In this document: positions 29,164-43,689 of the stretch, one piece after another | How positions within the stretch are numbered: the stretch's first letter is position 1 | How the letters are laid out: every line of letters starts with the position of its first letter | Origin: an uncultured delta proteobacterium | GTDB taxonomy: Bacteria > Myxococcota_A > UBA9160 > UBA4427 | Reading direction: 5' to 3' | DNA: 64,000 bases | Assembly: GCA_963822965.1 (NCBI GenBank) | Contig: CAWGJT010000005.1 | Location: forward strand, 416,001 to 480,000 | Position numbers and translations under genes: made by a program | Notes under the pieces: model-generated | The model's database searches: none | What the model saw: only the letters and a program-made list of their open reading frames with translations | What the model was told of the DNA's origin: nothing

Positions 29164-30486
29164 CTACACAGACGACTGAGGCAACACCTGGTAGACCCGG
29201 ACCGGAAAGTGGAGGCCCTTGACCTCGATCTCGCCGCACGCTTCGCAGGGAACCTGATCTTGAACGAGTGCCCAGGTGGAATGGCTCATCAGCACTCGAC
29301 CCGGCTCACATTCCGCCTGAATGCGAGCGGTCAGGTTCGTCTGGGTGCCGATCGCCGAATAGGTGGTGCGACCCTCGGACCCGAAGTCCCCCACGCTCGC
29401 AACCCCCGTATTGACTCCGATTCGGATGTGGAAGGGGGTCTGGATGCCTCGCGCGTACCACTGCTCGCGCAGCTCCGCCATCCGGTGTTGCATCGCAATC
29501 GCCATGCGCACGGCGCGCAGCGCGTGATCCCGGTCGCTCGTCGACTCCGGAGCGCCGAAGAAGATCATGATTCCGTCACCGACGAACTGATTGACGGTGG
29601 CGCCGGCGGAGTCCGCGATCGCGGCCATCTCGGCGAGGTACTCGTTGAGCAGGTCCGACAGCTCCTCGGGCTCCATGCGGTCGGAGGCCTGGGTGAACTC
29701 CACGACATCCGAGAAGAAGAGGGTGAGCTTGCGCCGTTCGGGTCGCCTGTCGCCGGTATGCTCGCCCGCCAGGATCCTCTCCGCGAGCTGCGTCGGCACA
29801 TAGCGCCGGATCAGCGCCGTGCTCCGCTGCAGCCGTTCGGTCGTCGACTGCAGCTTCTTCCGCTGGGTCTCTCGTGCGGACTGTGCGAGCTGGAGCAGCA
29901 CGAACACGAAGCAGGAGACCATCAGGATGAGAGTGGCCTGCAGGGAGACCCAGGCGGGGCTCAAGAGGTCGTCGATTCTCCTCGCGGTCACCGCCGGCGC
30001 ATACGCGATCGCACCCGAGATCTCTCCGGCGAGCAAGGCGGCTGTCAGCGCCACACAGAGCAGGAGGCCGACGAGCCCGGCTCGTGCGTCGACGAAGAGG
30101 GTCACGAGCAGGACGACGACGGGACCGAAGAACGCGAACGGGCTGCTCATGGTTCCCAGCAGCTGCGCATATCGGCAGACGAACCCCCCGTAGACCACGA
30201 TGACGAGGTAGATCGTCCATCTCGCTTCCCGGCCGCGACGGGCGAACGGCAGCGCCACGAGCGCGAGGAGAACGATGGCCACGAGCCACCTCCCCAGGTG
30301 CGCCTCGATCTGCGCGACGTCGAGTGCGCTGCTCAGGTCCTCGCGGTAGAGCCGAACGAGACCGTAGGCAACGAAGTGGAATGGAATGGCGAAGCCCATC
30401 AGCGCCGCGGCCTTCTTGCTCGTCGGCCAGCTCACGATGTCGACGTATCGATCGACGAATCGTTGATATGCCGAGTGGGGCTGCAT
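29164..30486 (-). CDS. Membrane-bound class III adenylate/guanylate cyclase
   Basis: About 6 TM helices; [55 protein letters not shown]. Confidence 0.9.
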   Translation of the reverse strand: MQPHSAYQRFVDRYVDIVSWPTSKKAAALMGFAIPFHFVAYGLVRLYREDLSSALDVAQIEAHLGRWLVAIVLLALVALPFARRGREARWTIYLVIVVYGGFVCRYAQLLGTMSSPFAFFGPVVVLLVTLFVDARAGLVGLLLCVALTAALLAGEISGAIAYAPAVTARRIDDLLSPAWVSLQATLILMVSCFVFVLLQLAQSARETQRKKLQSTTERLQRSTALIRRYVPTQLAERILAGEHTGDRRPERRKLTLFFSDVVEFTQASDRMEPEELSDLLNEYLAEMAAIADSAGATVNQFVGDGIMIFFGAPESTSDRDHALRAVRMAIAMQHRMAELREQWYARGIQTPFHIRIGVNTGVASVGDFGSEGRTTYSAIGTQTNLTARIQAECEPGRVLMSHSTWALVQDQVPCEACGEIEVKGLHFPVRVYQVLPQSSV

Positions 30487-30732
30487 GGCGTCCACGCGGG
30501 GCCTCTTGGGTCGTGGAGCTCCGATGCGGCTGTACTCGACTCGGGATGACTCGTCCGGGTCCGCGCCGCCGGTCCATCTCGCGGACCTCGCGACTGCCAT
30601 CGAATCACTCGACGTAGCGATCGCCTTCGAGGGCCAGCATACGGTTTGCGAGGCGATCCAGGAACGAGCGGGCGAGCGGGAGGACGCCTTCCGTAGCGCT
30701 GGCGGGCAGTTGCAGGCTCGGCGGGATGGCCC

Positions 30733-32412
<1,680 letters not shown>

Positions 32413-32551
32413 GGCCTGCCTCGCTCGACCGGCTACCCGGCCGGCCGGCTCTGCCGGGACCGGGACCTGGACGGCTCTGGGAATTGGGGTCGGGGTGGCA
32501 TGCACCCCGCGAAGGCCGGATTCTACCGATCCGCGCGCCGAGCGCCTAGTG

Positions 32552-33503
32552 TCACTGTCGGCCCGCTCGCGAGTCGTTCCGAAGCCGCTCGATCAGGCTC
32601 GAGGTGTCGAGGCGTCCGCCTCCCTGCTGCTGCAGCTCGGCGTAGAAGCGGTCGACGAGCTCGGCCACCGGCAGGGCGAGCGCCGATGCGCTGCGGCCTC
32701 GGCGAGGGCGATGGCCAGATCCTTGCGCATCCAGTCCACCGCGAAGCCGAAGTCGAAGCGACCGGCCAGCATGGTCTCCGGCGCGGTTGTCCATCTGCCA
32801 CGACTGGGCCGCGCCCTGGGAGATCACCTCCACCACCCGGCCGGCGTCGAGGCCCGCGCGCTCGGCGAAGTGGAGGCCCTCGGCGAGCGCCTCGAGCAGG
32901 CCCGCGATGCAGATCTGGTTCACGGCCTTCGTGAGCTGGCCCGAGCCGGCGGGACCCATCAGCAGGTGCTTGCGCGCATAGCAGTCGAGGAGCGGGGCGA
33001 CCTCGCGGTAGACGCCCGGCTCGCCGCCGACCATCACCGTGAGGGCTGCCCTTCTCGGCGCCGGCCTGGCCCGCCGGACACCGGCGCGTCCAGGAAGCCG
33101 AGCTCCCCGCGTCGGCCGCCTGCGTGCGCGATCTCCCGCGCGATCGCCGGCGAGGCCGTGGTGTGGTCGACCAGCACGGCGCCCGGGCGCCATGCCCGCG
33201 AGCGCCCCGGCGCCGCCAGACCTTCGCCCAGAACGACGTCCGCAGGTCGTCGTCGTTGCCGGTGCACACGAAGACCACCTCGGCGCCCCGGGCGGCCTGC
33301 CTCGGGTCGTCGTCGGCCCCGCGGCCGAAGCCGTTCCCGTCCCCGCGGCGAAGCCGGCTCCGTGCTCGTCCAGCCAGGCCTCCGCCCGGGAGCGCGTGCG
33401 GTTGTAGACCGACACCCGATGTCCCGCGCGCGCCAGATGCCCCGCCATCGGGTAGCCCATCACGCCGAGACACAGGAACGCGACGGGAGCGACCGGAGTC
33501 CAT
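32552..33503 (-). CDS. 3-hydroxyisobutyrate dehydrogenase-family NAD(P) oxidoreductase; frameshifted
   Basis: LGVMGYPMAGHL, VYNRT, VDHTTAS, FLDAPVSGG, GSGQLTKAVNQI, SQGAAQSWQM. Confidence 0.9.
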
Positions 33504-33523
33504 CGTTCGCCGCGGGCCGACGG

Positions 33524-36500
33524 CTACCGGGCCGCCGGGCCCGGCAGCCCGGCGACGGACCCGACGGGCTCGGCTTCGGAGACGGGCAGCCCGTCGCGGT
33601 ACACCACCTGTCGGGTCCGGATCGCCGGAATGCGCGGCCCGTCCGTCAGGATGCCCGACGAGGTTCAGGGGATCGCACCGCCGACAGCCGCACGACCTCG
33701 CCCTTGCGCTCGCTCCGGCGCACCCGCCGCAGGGACGCCACGGCCTCGGGCAGAGCGAACTGCTCGCCCACGAAGCCCGAGACGAAGCGCCCGCCGCGGA
33801 TCACGCCGCGCGCCTCCATGCGACGCAGCGCCCACAGCAGCTCGCGCCAGGGCACGCCCAGGGACTCACGCGCCAGCACGTCGTAGAAGACGACGCCCCA
33901 GCGCGCGAGGAGCTGCTCGGCCACCGCCTCCGCGAGCTCGTCCGGGTCGTCCGCGACCGCGCCGGCCGGAGCCTGCGCGATCTGGGGAAACAGCGACCAG
34001 CGCCCCTCGGCGCCGGCTCCTGCAGCCCCGCCGATGCCCCGACGCAGGCCGCGGCGCGCGCGCCTCCGCACGCGGGTTCGCGCCCAGCGCTCCCGCGCGC
34101 CGAGCAGGGAGCGCACGGCCTGGAAGCCGTCCGCCGTGACGAGGCCGCGGGACACGAGATCCCACAGCCCCTCTTCCACCTCCACCGGCAGTCGCTCGAG
34201 CAGGGCCACCAGGTCCGAGTGGAAGAGCGCACCCCGCTCGCGCAGGCGCGCGAGCACGTCGGCGGCGGCCCCGGGACCGGGCTCGCCGCGGTGGCACCGC
34301 CGCGCCAGGCCTCGAGCAGCCACGGCAGGTCGGCGCGCAGGCTGAACGCGACGGGCGTGGCGCGCGAGGGCACCGCCCCGCCGCGCGAGGCGGCGACGGC
34401 GCCCTCTTCTCCGGTCTCCGGGGCGTCCCGTTCTCCGGCCTCCGGGGCGTCCCGCGCTTCGCGGACGTCCCGCGCTCGCAGCGAGAGCCGACCCCACACC
34501 ACGTCGCCCGCGAGGCACAGCGCGTCCAGGGCACTCGGCCGATAGCCCGCAGACCCGTGCCGGCAGCACGCTCTCCTCCCACGCGCCCGCGGCCAGCTCG
34601 AAGCCCTGGAGCTGCTCGATCACGGCGAGCACCCCCTGTGCTCCCTTCCATCTGGGTGTCCGGCGTGACGTGCTGCCAGCGCAGCAGGAAGCGCATGAAG
34701 TCCTGTGCGGTGACCGGCTCGATCTCCCGGCGCAGGCGATCCTGGGTGTAGGCGTGGATGCGCGCCAGCAGCCGGCGGGCGCAGAACTCCTCGGATGGTC
34801 CGCCTCCTCTTCCGGGACCTTTCCCGGGGCCGGCGCGCCCTGCCCCGCATCCTCCGGCGCCTCTCCTGCGGCCAGCGGGGCTTCTCCAGCGGCCGGCTCG
34901 GCTTCTCCGGCGGTCGAGAGCGCGCTGAAGCGGCCGCGCAGCGCGAAGCCCTCCGCCTCGAGCGCCGCCAGCGCGATCTCGAGGGTCGCGCGCCGGAAGC
35001 CCGGTGCGCCCGGCGAGGTCGCGGGCGGTGACGGGACCCGACGCGTCGAGATGCCCGCGCACGACGGCGACCGCCGCGTCTTCCGAGCGACACCGGAGCG
35101 AGCTCGATCCCCGGCTCCGGCGGGTGGAGCGCGGCGTCGGGGAACAGCGCCCGCACGCCGGCGAAGCGCTCGATGGCGAACCACAGGCGCCGGCCCGCGG
35201 CCGGCCTCGAGCCAGCCCGCGCGCCCGGCGGCGACCAGCGACTCCAGCCAGGCGGCCGCCTCGCCCGGGCTCGACCAGGCCCTCGGCGCACAGCACCCCG
35301 TGCGCCTAGCAGCAGGTCGTGCAGCTCGTCCGCGTCCCGCGGACGCGGGCGGCTCTCGTCCCGCACCCGCGCGATGGCGTCGGGATCGAGGCGGGCCAGG
35401 TCGCGAGCCTCCACCGGCAGTCCCCGCCGCAGCTTCACCGCCCGGGTGCGGCGCTCCTCCAGCGGCGCGTCGTCGAGGAACGTGTAGGGCCGCCCGCTCA
35501 GGATCTCGTGGGAGAGCGGCGACGGCTCGGTGGTGTCGACGAAGTGCACCGCCACCTCGCCCGCCTCGATGTCCGCCAGCAGCCGCTGCAGCCGATCCGC
35601 GTCCATCCCCTCGTCGAGGCAGTCGCGCAGGGTCTGCCGCACCAGCGGGTGGTCGGGAATCTCGACGCGGGCCGGCGGCGTTCTCCTGGCAGGCGACCAG
35701 CGCCGGGAAGACCGCGGCCATCAGGTCGTCGGCCTCCATGCGCTGGATCTGCGGCGGGTTGCGGCGCCCGCCCCGGAAGCGCAGCACCGCCAGCGAGCGA
35801 TTCAGGTTCCAGCGCCAGCGCGCGGCGAACATGGGCGACTGCAGCACCGCCTTGCGCAGCGTCTCGTGCACGCTCTGCGACTTCAGGAAGCGCGCGGCGC
35901 TCTCCAGCGGGAAGCTGTGCTGCGGCCCGAGGGAGAGCACGATGGCGTCGTCGTTGGCGGCCGCCTGGAGCTCGAAGTCGAAGCTGGCGCAGAACTTCTT
36001 GCGCAGGCCGAGCCCGAGGCCGCGGTTCACGCGACCGCCGAAGGGCGAGTGCACCACGAGCTGCATGCCGCCCGACTCGTCGAAGAAGCGCTCGAAGACG
36101 AGCCGCCGCTGGGTGGGCAGCGCCCCCAGCGCCGTCCGGGCCGCCGCGAGGTAGGCGACGATCTGGACGGCGGCCTCCGGCGGCACCCGGCACTCGTGCT
36201 CGAGGAAGGCGCGACGCGCCCGCCTCGTCGTCCTGCTCGAGAAGGCGTTCGACCCGCTCGCGCAGGACGGAGACCTCGTTCGAGAGCTCCTCGGTGCGAG
36301 CCGGCGCCTCGCCCACCCAGAAGGGCACGGTCGAGGGCGCGCCCTGGGCGTCCACCACGCGCACGACCCCGGACTCCACCCGGCGGATGCGCCAGGACGT
36401 GCTGCCCAGCAGGAAGATGTCGCCCACCATCGACTCGATGGCGAAGTCCTCGCCGACGCGTGCCGATGAAGGTGTCGTCGTTGCCCGCCAGCACCCGGTA

Positions 36501-38150
36501 GTCGGCGGTCTCGGGAATCGCGCCGCCGGACGTGATGGCCGCGATGCGCGCGCCCGCGGCGACCGCGCAGCACGCCGTTCACCCGGTCGCGGTGCAGGTA
36601 GGCGGCCCGCCGTCCGCGGCCGGTGGTGATGCCCTCGGCGAGCAGCTCCACCACGTCGTCGAAGTCCCGGCGCGTGAGGCTCGCGAAGGGCGCGGCGCGA
36701 CGCACCAGCGCGTACAGCGTCGTCCTCGCTCCACGCCTCGGCCGCGCAGGCCGCCACGATCTGCTGGGCCAGGATGTCGAGCGGCGCCACCGGCGGGTGC
36801 AGCGCGTCGAGGCGTCCCGAGGCCCACGCCGCGCAGCAGCGCCGCGCACTCCACCAGCTCGTCGCGGGTGAGGGGATAGAGGCGCCCCTTCGGAATGCCG
36901 CCCAGGAAGTGACCCGAGCGGCCCACGCGCTGGATGAAGGTGGCGAGGCTGCGGGGCGAGCCGATCTGGCACACCAGCTCCACCGGCCCGATGTCGATGC
37001 CCAGCTCGAGGGACGCGGTGGCGACCAGCGCCCGCAGCTCCCCGGCCCGCAGCTGGCTCTCCACCCGCAGCCGGCGCTCCCGCGACAGGCTCCCGTGATG
37101 GGCGGCCACGCCCTCCTCGCCGAGGCGCTCCCCCAGCTCCCGGGCCAGCCGTTCGGCGAGTGCGTCGCGTGTTCACGAACACCAGGGTGGTGTGGTGGGA
37201 CCTCACGTGCTCCGCGATGGCGTCGAGCACCTCGCCGACCTGCTCGCTCGAGGCCACCGCCTCGAGCTCGCCCGCCGGCAGCTCGATGGCGAGGTCGAGC
37301 TGGCGCTGGTGCCCCTCGTCGACCACCACGCAGCGCGGCGTGCCGTCGGCCTCGGAGCGCTCGGGGCCGGCGCCGACCAGCAGCCGCGACACCGTCTCGA
37401 TCGGGACGCTGGGTGGCGGACAGCCCGATGCGCGCGGGGCGCTGGTCGCACAGCGCCTCGAGCCGCTCGAGGGTGAGCGCCAGGTGCGAGCCCCGCTTGT
37501 CGCGCGCGACGGCGTGGATCTCGTCGACGATCACCGTGTGCACGCCGCGCAGCATCTCGCGGCTGCGTTCGGCGGTGACGAGCAGGTAGAGCGACTCGGG
37601 CGTGGTCACCAGCAGATGCGGCGGCTGACGCAGCATGGCGGCGCGATCCTTCGTCGGGGTGTCGCCGCTGCGCAGGGCCACACGCAGCTCCGGGCGCCGG
37701 CAGCGACAGCTCCCGCGCCACCTCGCGGATCTCGGCGAGCGGTCCCTCGAGATTCTGCTGGACGTCGGCCGCCAGGGCCTTGAGGGGCGAGACGTAGACG
37801 ACCTGCACGCCGCCGGCGGCGCCGCGACCGCCCCGGCCCCGGGAAGAGCTCGCGCGCGACACGTCGGCCGGCGCCGCCTCACTCGGGACGTCGGCGAAGA
37901 GTCCTTCCTGCACGCCTCCCCGCTGCGCAGCTCCCGTAGAGAGCCGCGCAGCCTCGGCGGCGAAGATGCGGTCGATGCTCACGAGGAACGCCGAGAGCGT
38001 CTTGCCCGAGCCCGTGGGCGCAGCGATGAGCGTGTCCTGGCCCCGGGCGATGGCGGGCCAGCCCGACCGCTGGGGTGGCGTCGGGCCGGCCGGGAAGCGG
38101 CGCTCGAACCAGGTGCGGATCGCCGGGTGGAAGGAGGACAGGGCGTCCAT
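33524..38150 (-). CDS. lhr: Lhr-family large DEAD/DEAH helicase; many frameshifts
   Basis: [83 protein letters not shown]. Confidence 0.92.
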
Positions 38151-38279
38151 CGTCTCGAGGAAGCTAGCATGCCGACCCCGCATCCCCGATGCTTGCCGTC
38201 CCCCGCACGTCCTCCTGGTGACAGCTGCTGACAGGGGCGGCACGCCGGCGGGGCGGCGAGAGGGAGCGAGGAGCCCAGC

Positions 38280-39002
38280 GTGGAGATCGTGCTCATCCGC
38301 CACGCCCAGCCGGACTGGGAGCCCGGAGGCCGCGCCGTCGACGACCCCGGCCTCACCCCCCTGGGCCGGGAGCAGGCGAAGCTCGCCGCCGAAGCGCTCT
38401 CCGGCCGACACTTCGACGCGTTGTACGTGAGCCCGCTCCAGCGCACCCGCGAGACCGCGGCCCCCATCGCAGACGCCGTCGGCCTGGAGCCCCGCTTCCA
38501 CTCGTGGCTGCGCGAGCTGAGGCTTCCCACCATGGAAGGCTTCACGGCCGATCAGGTGCAGGCCTTCTTCCGGGAGGCGAACGCGCGGCACCTCGATCTC
38601 TGGTGGGACGGCATGCCCGGAGGCGAGAGCTTCCGGCACTTCTACGAGCGCGTGACCAGCGGCCTCGAGGGACTGCTGCTGGGCGACCACCGGCTGGCCC
38701 TGCACGAGATCTCGGGACACCGGCTGTGGCACCTGCCGGAGGACGTCGGCACGATGGAGCGCATCCTGATCGTCGCCCACGAGGGCACGAACGCGGTGCT
38801 GCTGTCCCATCTCCTGGGGGTGGAGCCGGTTCCCTTCGCGTGGGTGCGCTTCTCGTGCGCCTGGGCGGGCATCAGCGTCGTCCACACCCTCGAGGTGGCG
38901 GGCGGGCGCGTCTGGAGCGTCGAGTCGTTCAATCGCACGGACCACCTGGCTCGCCTGCACCAGCGTCCGGACTGGAAGCGCGACGGGCGCGCCCAGTCTT
39001 GA
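38280..39002 (+). CDS. Histidine phosphatase (phosphoglycerate mutase) family protein
   Basis: [36 protein letters not shown]. Confidence 0.9.
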   Translation: MEIVLIRHAQPDWEPGGRAVDDPGLTPLGREQAKLAAEALSGRHFDALYVSPLQRTRETAAPIADAVGLEPRFHSWLRELRLPTMEGFTADQVQAFFREANARHLDLWWDGMPGGESFRHFYERVTSGLEGLLLGDHRLALHEISGHRLWHLPEDVGTMERILIVAHEGTNAVLLSHLLGVEPVPFAWVRFSCAWAGISVVHTLEVAGGRVWSVESFNRTDHLARLHQRPDWKRDGRAQS

Positions 39003-39923
39003 GCGCAGGGCGAGTCGTCTCGCTGCTGCCCTCGGCGACGGAGATCGTGTGCGCCCTGGGCGCCGCGGACCGGCTCGTGGGCCGCTCCCACGAGTGCGAC
39101 CACCCGGCCGAGAATCGCCCGGCTGCCGGCGTGCACCCGCGCGTGCTTCCCGGACGGCAGCAGCCGGGAGATCGACGAGCGGGTGACGGATCGCGTCACC
39201 CGCGGCCTCTCGCTCTACGACGTCGACGTGAGCCTCCTGCGGAGCCTCGCCCCCGACCTCGTCGATCACCCAGGACCAGTGCGCGGTCTGCGCCGTGCAC
39301 CTGTCGGAGGTCGAGGCGGCGCTCGCGAGCTGGGCGGGCGGGGAGGTGGAGCTCGTCTCCCTGGCGCCCCGAGACCCTGGGCGACGTCTTCCGGGACATC
39401 GTGCGGGTCGGGCGAGGCCCTGGGCCTGGCGGATCGCGCCCGGCAGCTCAGCCGCGAGCTGGCGACCCGCGTCTCCGCCGTGGGCGAGAAGACGGGCGAC
39501 GTGGCGAGCCCGCCGTCCGTGGTCTGCCTCGAGTGGATCGACCCGCTCATGGCCGCCGGCAACTGGATGCCCGAGCTGGTGCAGGTCGCGGGCGGGCGCT
39601 GCCGCCTGGCGGAGGCGGGCCGGCGTTCGGCGTCCTTCGCGTGGCCGGCGCTGCACGACGCGGACCCCGACGTCGTGGTGGTGACGGCGTGCGGCTTCGA
39701 CCTCCCCCGCACAAGGCGCGAGACGGCTCCGCTCGGACGCCACCCCGAGTGGCTCCGGCTGCGCGCGGTGCGCGAGGGCCGGGTCTTCCTCACCGACGGA
39801 AACGCCTACTTCAACCGCTCGGGGCCCCGGCTCGTGGAATCCCTGGAGATGCTGGCGGAGATGCTGCACCCGGATCGCTTCTGCTTCGGCCACGAGGATC
39901 GGGGCTGGGTGCGGATGACCTGA
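38999..39923 (+). CDS. Cobalamin/iron-siderophore-type substrate-binding protein (BtuF-like); frameshifted
   Basis: [54 protein letters not shown]. Confidence 0.85.
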
Positions 39924-40136
39924 CGGCCACGAGGACGCACAGCGGCGCCCCACGACGCCGGGCGGAGGCGCGACCCGAACCCCGGCGGTGCGCGCGGGGT
40001 CCGAGATCCGAGCCAGCGCTGCAGCCCGCGCTCCGCCGATCACCCTCGGGGCTCGTCAGCGCCTGGGTGGAACACTAAGCTCCCCGGTCACGCCCGAGGC
40101 GGGCACGAGCGAGCCAGGCATTCGAAGGAGAACCAT

Positions 40137-40886
40137 TTGGCCGATTCATCCTCTTCCGGGGGCTCCCTGATCGTCGCGGCGATCATCCTGGCCCTGTCCG
40201 TCGTCACCGGCAGCTTCGTTCTCAAGTCGTCCATCGATGAGGGCGGCGCCCAGCTCGCCGCGGTGCTGGGCGAGATGCAGGAGCTGAACGCCCAGCTCGC
40301 CGACGCCGGCGATGCGCCCTCGCCCGCCGCCCGGCCGTCCCGCCCGGCGCGCCCCGACCCGGGCCGCAAGTACGAGGTGACCATCGGCTCGGCCCCCGTG
40401 CGCGGTCCCGACTCGGCGCCGGTCAAGATCGTCGAGTGGTCGGACTTCCAATGCCCCTTCTGCGGTCGCGCGCGACCGACCCTGACCCAGATCGAGAAGG
40501 AGTACGGCGACAAGGTGCAGATCGCCTTCAAGCACATGCCGCTCTCGATGCACACCAAGGCGCGCCCGGCCCACATGGCCGCCGAGGCCGCGCGCCGGCA
40601 GGGCAAGTTCTGGGAGATGCACGACCTGATCTTCGCCGACCAGCGTTCCATGAGCGAAGAGAAGTACCTCGAGTACGCCAAGCAGATCGGGCTCGACGTC
40701 GACCAGTTCAAGAAGGACATGGCCTCGCCCGAGGTGGCGAAGCAGATCGACGCGGACTACGCCCAGGCGACGCAGCTCGGTGTGACGGGAACGCCGGCCT
40801 TCTTCGTGAACGGCCGCTTCCTGTCGGGCGCGCAGCCCTTCGCGAGCTTCAAGGCGCTGATCGATCAGGAGCTGGCGCGGAACTGA
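40137..40886 (+). CDS. DsbA/thioredoxin-family disulfide oxidoreductase
   Basis: N-terminal TM, EWSDFQCPFC, QGKFWEMHD, GVTGTPAFFVNG, GAQP. Confidence 0.93.
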   Translation: MADSSSSGGSLIVAAIILALSVVTGSFVLKSSIDEGGAQLAAVLGEMQELNAQLADAGDAPSPAARPSRPARPDPGRKYEVTIGSAPVRGPDSAPVKIVEWSDFQCPFCGRARPTLTQIEKEYGDKVQIAFKHMPLSMHTKARPAHMAAEAARRQGKFWEMHDLIFADQRSMSEEKYLEYAKQIGLDVDQFKKDMASPEVAKQIDADYAQATQLGVTGTPAFFVNGRFLSGAQPFASFKALIDQELARN

Positions 40887-41211
40887 GCGGTCCGGCACCG
40901 CGCTGGGCGCAGTCCATCGCGAAGCGGTCTCCGGGCTGAGATCCTCGATGGAAGGCACGGAGTCGGTTTCGCTCGACGCCCGAGTCGAACCGTCGTGCCA
41001 GATTCCCGTGGGAGCCCCGGGCCGGATCCCCTTCCGGGCCCGAGCCGCGAGCCCGTCCGCGCAGGGTTTCCCGCCCGAACGGACACGTTCGTGTGCATCG
41101 ACGCGTCCTCTGGACTCCAGCGCTCGAGAGCGAGCTGGGACGAGGGTCGACACCGAATCGTGGTAGAGTCCTCTGGAAGTCCGGGCGCCAGGGCCTGGAC
41201 GAAGGGCTCGA

Positions 41212-42417
41212 ATGCCGAGGAAGCCGGAAGCCTGGGTCGTCGGAATCGCGCTCCTGCTCGGAGTTGCAGAGGCCCGTGCCGAGAACGTCACCTTCACCAA
41301 GGAGATGACGCTCCAGCCCGGGGGCGTGGTGGTGAGACCCGAGGCCGATGACAGTGGAACCGCCGTCTGCCTGGACGGCAGCTGCCTCGGGGAGATTCGC
41401 GTTCTGTTCCGGATGGAGTTCCTCGATCAGTACCCCGACTTCGTCGACGCGGGCTACGCCCTCATCAACCTCCTCGACCCGGTGGTCATCCAGGGTATCG
41501 GCTACTACGAGGGCAGCGAGCTCACCCCGGCGACCGGGGAGGTCCACGTACCGAACGACCGAACGGGGAGGTTCCACTTCCCGCCGATCCCCAGCGGATG
41601 GATTCCGCCGGCTCCCTCGGTTCGTCTATTCGTCGACTTCGCGGCGGATTCGAGCTTCTGGGACGAGCCCGTCGTTCTGGTGAGCTCGCAGCCGGCCGTG
41701 GGTGGTTGCTGCGGCTGGGTCGCGAACTTCGCATCGGTGGGGCGCGTCCCCGAGCTGTTCACGGACTCGCCGGGCGTCTTCTGCATTCGGGGGAGCGGGA
41801 ACGGGCTCGATTGGTCGTGGCGTATCGACGGAGGTCCGATCGTCGACGTCGTCGGCCTGCCGCCGACGACCCAGAAGGGGCTGCGCGACGCCTTCGTCAC
41901 GAGCATCGAGGACGCGGAGGTTCCCACACTCGCGATCGCCAGCGGCCCCGGGGACGCGTGCTTCACCGCGGCAGCGTGCTGCAACGGTGACCTCGACGGT
42001 GACGGAACCGTGACTGCGAGCGACTACAGCGATCTGCTGGGCTGCATCCAGACCGAGGGCGGCGCCTGCGCGCAGGCCGATCTGAACTGCGACGGTACGG
42101 CCACGGTTGCAGACGCCGCCATCCTGCTCTGCCAGCTGGGTGCGCCGCCCGATCCCGGGTGCTGCAGCGCGTCCACCCAGTCGGCCTTCCAGCTCCGGGT
42201 AGGGCCCCCGCACGATCCCGCGTGCCTCGTGTCCGGCAATTCGGAGGGGTGTGCCTTCAATCCTGCGATCTTCGAGCAGCGATTCCTCCCGACTTCCCTC
42301 CCGGCTCTGGCGCCGTTCTCACGCGTCGTTCTGATCGCGCTGCTCGCCGCGATCGTGTCGGCTCCGGGCTACGCGGTCTACCGCAGGAGGCGAGCAGCTC
42401 GGATTCGGAGCACCTGA
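41212..42417 (+). CDS. Cys-rich secreted/surface protein with dockerin-like Ca-binding repeats and a C-terminal TM + basic tail (IPTL-CTERM-like)
   Basis: Signal peptide (AEARA); GDLDGDGTVTASD, ADLNCDGTATVAD; LPALAPFSRVVLIALLAA...YRRRR. Confidence 0.7.
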   Translation: MPRKPEAWVVGIALLLGVAEARAENVTFTKEMTLQPGGVVVRPEADDSGTAVCLDGSCLGEIRVLFRMEFLDQYPDFVDAGYALINLLDPVVIQGIGYYEGSELTPATGEVHVPNDRTGRFHFPPIPSGWIPPAPSVRLFVDFAADSSFWDEPVVLVSSQPAVGGCCGWVANFASVGRVPELFTDSPGVFCIRGSGNGLDWSWRIDGGPIVDVVGLPPTTQKGLRDAFVTSIEDAEVPTLAIASGPGDACFTAAACCNGDLDGDGTVTASDYSDLLGCIQTEGGACAQADLNCDGTATVADAAILLCQLGAPPDPGCCSASTQSAFQLRVGPPHDPACLVSGNSEGCAFNPAIFEQRFLPTSLPALAPFSRVVLIALLAAIVSAPGYAVYRRRRAARIRST

Positions 42418-42657
42418 GCACCGCCGCGATCGTCGTGGCCGCATCCGACGTCCGCCACGCGGACGCCCGCGCGCAGATTCCGGACAATCGACCGCGCGTC
42501 CGCTCTTCACAGGGCACACGGCAGCATGCAGGCTCATCCCGCCGTACCGGGGCACCCGAGGCGGCCCGTCGGGATCTCCCGCGATTCTCCGCACTCGCAG
42601 ACTGGATGGCGCAGCTTCGTGGCTCCCGTGCGCGGTGCTGCGCGGCAGCGCGGCACG

Positions 42658-43689
42658 TCAGTCCTTCGGGTCGTCGCGCAGGCCCAGGTGGCGCTCGACG
42701 GCGCGCAGGCGCTTCACCAGCTCGGGCAGCTTCGCGAAGACCGCGGTGGAGCGAAACCAGCGTCGCTCCTCGAGCTGCGGCGTCCCCCACACGCGCGTGC
42801 CGGGGGCAACGTCGCTGTGCACGGCGGCCCGTCCGCCCACGAAGGCGCCCTCCCCCACCGTCAGGTGACCCGCGAGCGCCGACTGCCCCATCATGACGAC
42901 GCGCCGCTCGACGACGGAGCTGCCGGCCATGCCGGCCTGGGCGGCCACCAGCACGTGCTCTCCCAGCTCGCAGTTGTGTCCCACCATCACGAGGTTGTCG
43001 ATCTTCGTGCCCCGGCCGATGCGCGTATCGCCGAAGAGCGAGCGGTCCACGGTGCTGTTCGCGCCGATCTCGACGTCGTCCTCGACGAGCACGCCGCCGG
43101 TGTGGGGAACGTGCGCCCAGCCGCCCCTGCTCGTCGAACACGTAGCCGAAGCCGTCGGCCCCGAGCACCACGCCGGGCTGGAGCACCACGCGATCGCCGA
43201 GGCGGGTGCCCTCGCGAAGCACGCAGCGGGCGTGGAGCGTGCAGCCGGCGCCCACGACGACGTCCGTCATACAGGGTGACGCCCGGGTGCAGAACGCTGC
43301 CTGCGCCGATCGCGCGCACGGGCCCCGACGCTGCAGTGGGGCGCCCACCGGAGGCGGTCGGGTCGACGAACGCGCTCGCGTCGACGCGGGCGCTCGCGTC
43401 CACGCCTGGCGCGGCGCGCGCGACCGGGTGCAGCAGGGCGACCGCCCGGGCGAAGTGGAGTCCGGGATTCTCGGAGCGGATCACGGGCCGGTCGTCGATC
43501 TCGACCCCTGCCGGCGCGATCACCGCGCCGATGCGCGAGCGACGCAGGTCGGCCAGCGTGCTTCTCCGAGCGCAGGAACCCCAGCGCGTCGGGTCCGCCC
43601 GCTAGCAGCGAGCCGACCCGCTCGACCCGTTTGGCGCCGTCCCCCTCGAAGGGGCGATCGAGGCTCGCCGCGAGATCCCGGACACGCAT
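42658..43689 (-). CDS. lpxD: UDP-3-O-acyl-glucosamine N-acyltransferase; frameshifted
   Basis: GADGFGY, EDDVEIGANSTVDR, TRIGRGTKIDNLVMVGHN, AQAGMAGS, WGTP. Confidence 0.93.

Noticed and set aside
33524..38150. Lhr helicase as part of an anti-phage defence island
   Set aside because: Neighbours are ordinary metabolic genes; no nuclease, methylase or toxin partners are evident.
40986..41001. Second sigma54-like site (TGGCACG-ACGG-TTCG, minus strand)
   Set aside because: The -12 element lacks the conserved GC and it points antisense into dsbA.
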